A stretch of DNA of 64,000 nucleotides from the NCBI GenBank assembly GCA_009103225.1, contig RHPI01002090.1:644414-708413 (forward strand), given 5' to 3'. Positions 61,479 through 64,000 of the stretch are shown here, one piece after another. The DNA is from Chlorokybus atmophyticus. Lineage: Eukaryota; Plantae; Mesostigma and Chlorokybus algae. A program made the position numbers and the translations under genes. The notes under the pieces were generated by a model. That model saw only the letters and a program-made list of their open reading frames with translations. It ran no database searches and was not told the DNA's origin. The stretch's first letter is position 1. Each line of letters begins with the position of its first letter.

Positions 61479-63795
61479 CTAAGGGAATGGCGGTTCATTA
61501 ACGCTCCCATGTAATGGCGGTGTACTTGCCTGAGATCGCGGGGTAGGGCAAGTTCGGCAACGGCGTCGGCCCAAGGGCACTTGCGTCGAAGACTGAATCT
61601 GGAAAGCAGAGCGCAGCCCAACACAGCCATAATTCGTATGATAGCAGTCTCCTGTGGATGCATAATAGACCTGGCTGTTGGCGACTTGCAGCGCGGTCTG
61701 AAAGCCGCTCTGGTCGAAAGGAACCATCAGAGATCGCAATAGCTGCACCAGCGCGGTAGAACCAAGTTGTGAAGCCGCCGCATGCAACAAGCGGCCGAGT
61801 GCAACCGCATCTGCCTCAGCGCGATGGGCGGTCGGCATGGAGATGTTCAGCAGCGCGCATAGTGCGCCCAACCGGTAGCTCTCTGCATCGGGCCAAGCCT
61901 TGCGGGCAACGGGGCAGGAGTCCACAAACAGCCAGTCTGTTGGCAGCGCCATCGGCTTCGCTGCCAGGTTGCATGCAATCAGTTCGTTGCGTAGCATTCC
62001 AAGGTCGAATCGAAGGTTGTGCGCAACCAATAATGGAGTCGTCCCGGGCTCAACCCTCTCAGCCACCCATCTCTGTACACTCAACCACACCTGACAGCGA
62101 GCCATGTTCAGCCGCGCGCATAACGAGCAAAATCAAATTCTCTGCAAGGTTGCGCCAACCTGGTTGAAGTCTGGCTGCGCTTGAACCATCTCGTCGGTAA
62201 TGCCATGGACCTTCCAGTTTCTGATGGCTTTACCAGGATCAATCAGCCAACTCGTGCTGTCCGTGATATCCGCTGTGCTTGCCGCAGGGAGACTGAGTTT
62301 GCATATTCCAAACTCAACCACCCTGTGTGAACAGCAAGGCACATCATGGATCCAACATGGCATACCCCACCAAAGACAGGCATGCCATACCTGTCAAACT
62401 TGCTTCGACCTGTTGTTTCAGTGTCAAATGCGAAGATTGCCAACTGCTCTGCCTGGCTCGGGTTCAGCACGCCAGTTGCACTGGACGCGAGTGAAATGGA
62501 CTCGCTAAAGTACATGCGTTTGCTGCTTTGTGCATCCTTTACGTAACTGCCTGTACTAATACTGCCACTAGATGAAGGGCTATCGTTGCCCAGGCCAGTG
62601 TCGGCATCGGGATCAACAGGGTACATGGGCAACATGTCCTGGCGCAAGAGGGCTTTGAATTCGTTGAAGCCAACCTTCTCCACAGCCTTTGCTAGCAATG
62701 CATTGACAGAGTTGACATCTGCCACGCCAAGCTCTCCAAGTGGCAAACTGAGTTGCACGCATAATGCCGACAGCTTGAAATCTCCATTACCAGGCCAGAC
62801 CTGCATGCACAGAAGTCATCTGAATCTCTCCCATCAACTGTACACAAGCAGCACAAGCGCAACTGGCGTCACTTCAAGTGGCAAGGGCTGTGCGTGCATT
62901 TCCCACAACACTCAACTGTAAGCGAGGTGAGTCAATAAACAATAGTTGCATGCAAGCGGTCATAGGAAAGCAGCACGCTGCCTGTGTGACCTGCAAGCCA
63001 GTGCATACATGATCACTACCTTGTAAGACAGATTGCGGGAGCACGCGAATCGCCAGCTATCCGGGGGAGATTTTGCCCCGCAACGCTCTATCATCCGGCG
63101 AAGGATGGGCACATGAAAGGTGTGCGCAGTGTGAGCAACAATCAAAGGCGTAGAGCCAGCCTCCACTCTGGCTTGGACCCATGCTACAACCTGCTCCCAA
63201 ACCTGCCACATAAGATGGTTTGTTTGCAAACGTGCGCCATGTCGGTATCTTCCATGTTTGCAACAGCATGCACGCAAACCAGCAAGCAAGGTGACCAGGA
63301 GGAGCTGATCTAGAAAGCAGATTTGGTGTGCTAGCATTGTTAGAACACGCAAGCAGCCTTGCGCATACGTGCAACGAGACCAGCTGCCATGCATGTCCAG
63401 CTACAATCATGTCGCATTGAGCAAAGCACCGCTTCTTGCAGTCATGCAGACTGTTTGGGCTGAGCACCAACCTTGTCGAAGGCGGGTTGACCACGCAACA
63501 TATCGGCGGTGATGCCGTGGAACTCCACGTTCTGCGGCTGGTCCTCCGGCTGGCCTCCAACAAACCAGTGGCGCTGGTCGCCCTCGCCAGGCTTGCCAGC
63601 CCTCCTGAGGGAAATCTTCAGCACGCGGTCCTCCTCGGGATCCACCCCCGTCGTCTCCACCTTCAGCACGAACAAGCTCAAGCGAGGAGTGCTGCTGTTG
63701 CTGTTGCTGCTTGATGCTGGTGACGAGGGGGAGGAAGCCTCACCTCTCCTCCCCTCCCCTCCCGCCCTTGACCTCGCCGCCCCCGCCGGTGCCAT
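61479..63795 (-). CDS. Tandem DEDDh (DnaQ/DPD1-like) 3'-5' exonuclease with C-terminal Cys/His motif; both ends uncertain
   Basis: Domain 1: FVLKVETTG..HGIT..AHTAHTFHV..ELGVADV (degenerate). Domain 2: FAFDTETTG..HGIT..AHNLRFD..WLFVDS..AHRAEAD (intact). Then VYYASTGDCYH...C..L...RRRCRTC. Confidence 0.85.
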
Positions 63796-64000
63796 CCCTA
63801 CTGCAGCGCAAAGCAGCAAGCCAGGCTTCCAAGCTGACAGATTCAGCTGTGGCAGCTTACTTCAAGTGGTTTGCTGCGGTTGTGGATGGCGCCGGCGACG
63901 GCGGAGGCGGCGGAGACTACGGGAGAGGGCGGCAGGGAGCGCAGGGAGAGCGACTGGTCAGGTGCCGTGCCGCCTCTGCCTCCTTCGGGCGTTGACGTGG

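Overview
Intron-rich eukaryotic nuclear DNA from a green-lineage alga. A land-plant-like gene set (ASI1-type BAH-RRM, PNC carrier, kinase-PP2C fusion, telo-boxes) together with NAMPT suggests an early-diverging streptophyte; this is an inference. Fourteen protein genes could be reconstructed across splice sites: peroxisomal adenine nucleotide carrier, RH17/DBP7 helicase, CDC5, IQCC-like, NAMPT, plastid rubredoxin RBD1, intronless RPB5, ASI1-like, protease-dead FtsHi, F-box/WD40, LptB-like ABC ATPase, kinase-PP2C fusion, PDX1, and a tandem DEDDh exonuclease with a Zn-finger-like segment. Repeats include a decayed pogo/Tigger transposon, an old Copia element carrying four nested insertions (three restore the Copia reading frame when removed, one reconstitutes the LTR), an approximately 1-kb (CT)n tract and several local tandem duplications. 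The best leads are a spliced, transit-peptide-like LptB homolog; a dead+active tandem DPD1/DnaQ-like exonuclease; a 1.5-kb short-TIR element with a 2-bp TSD; an algal ASI1 ortholog; and frequent GC-AG introns. All homology calls are from motif recognition by eye; no database search was run. No rRNA, tRNA or CRISPR features were seen.
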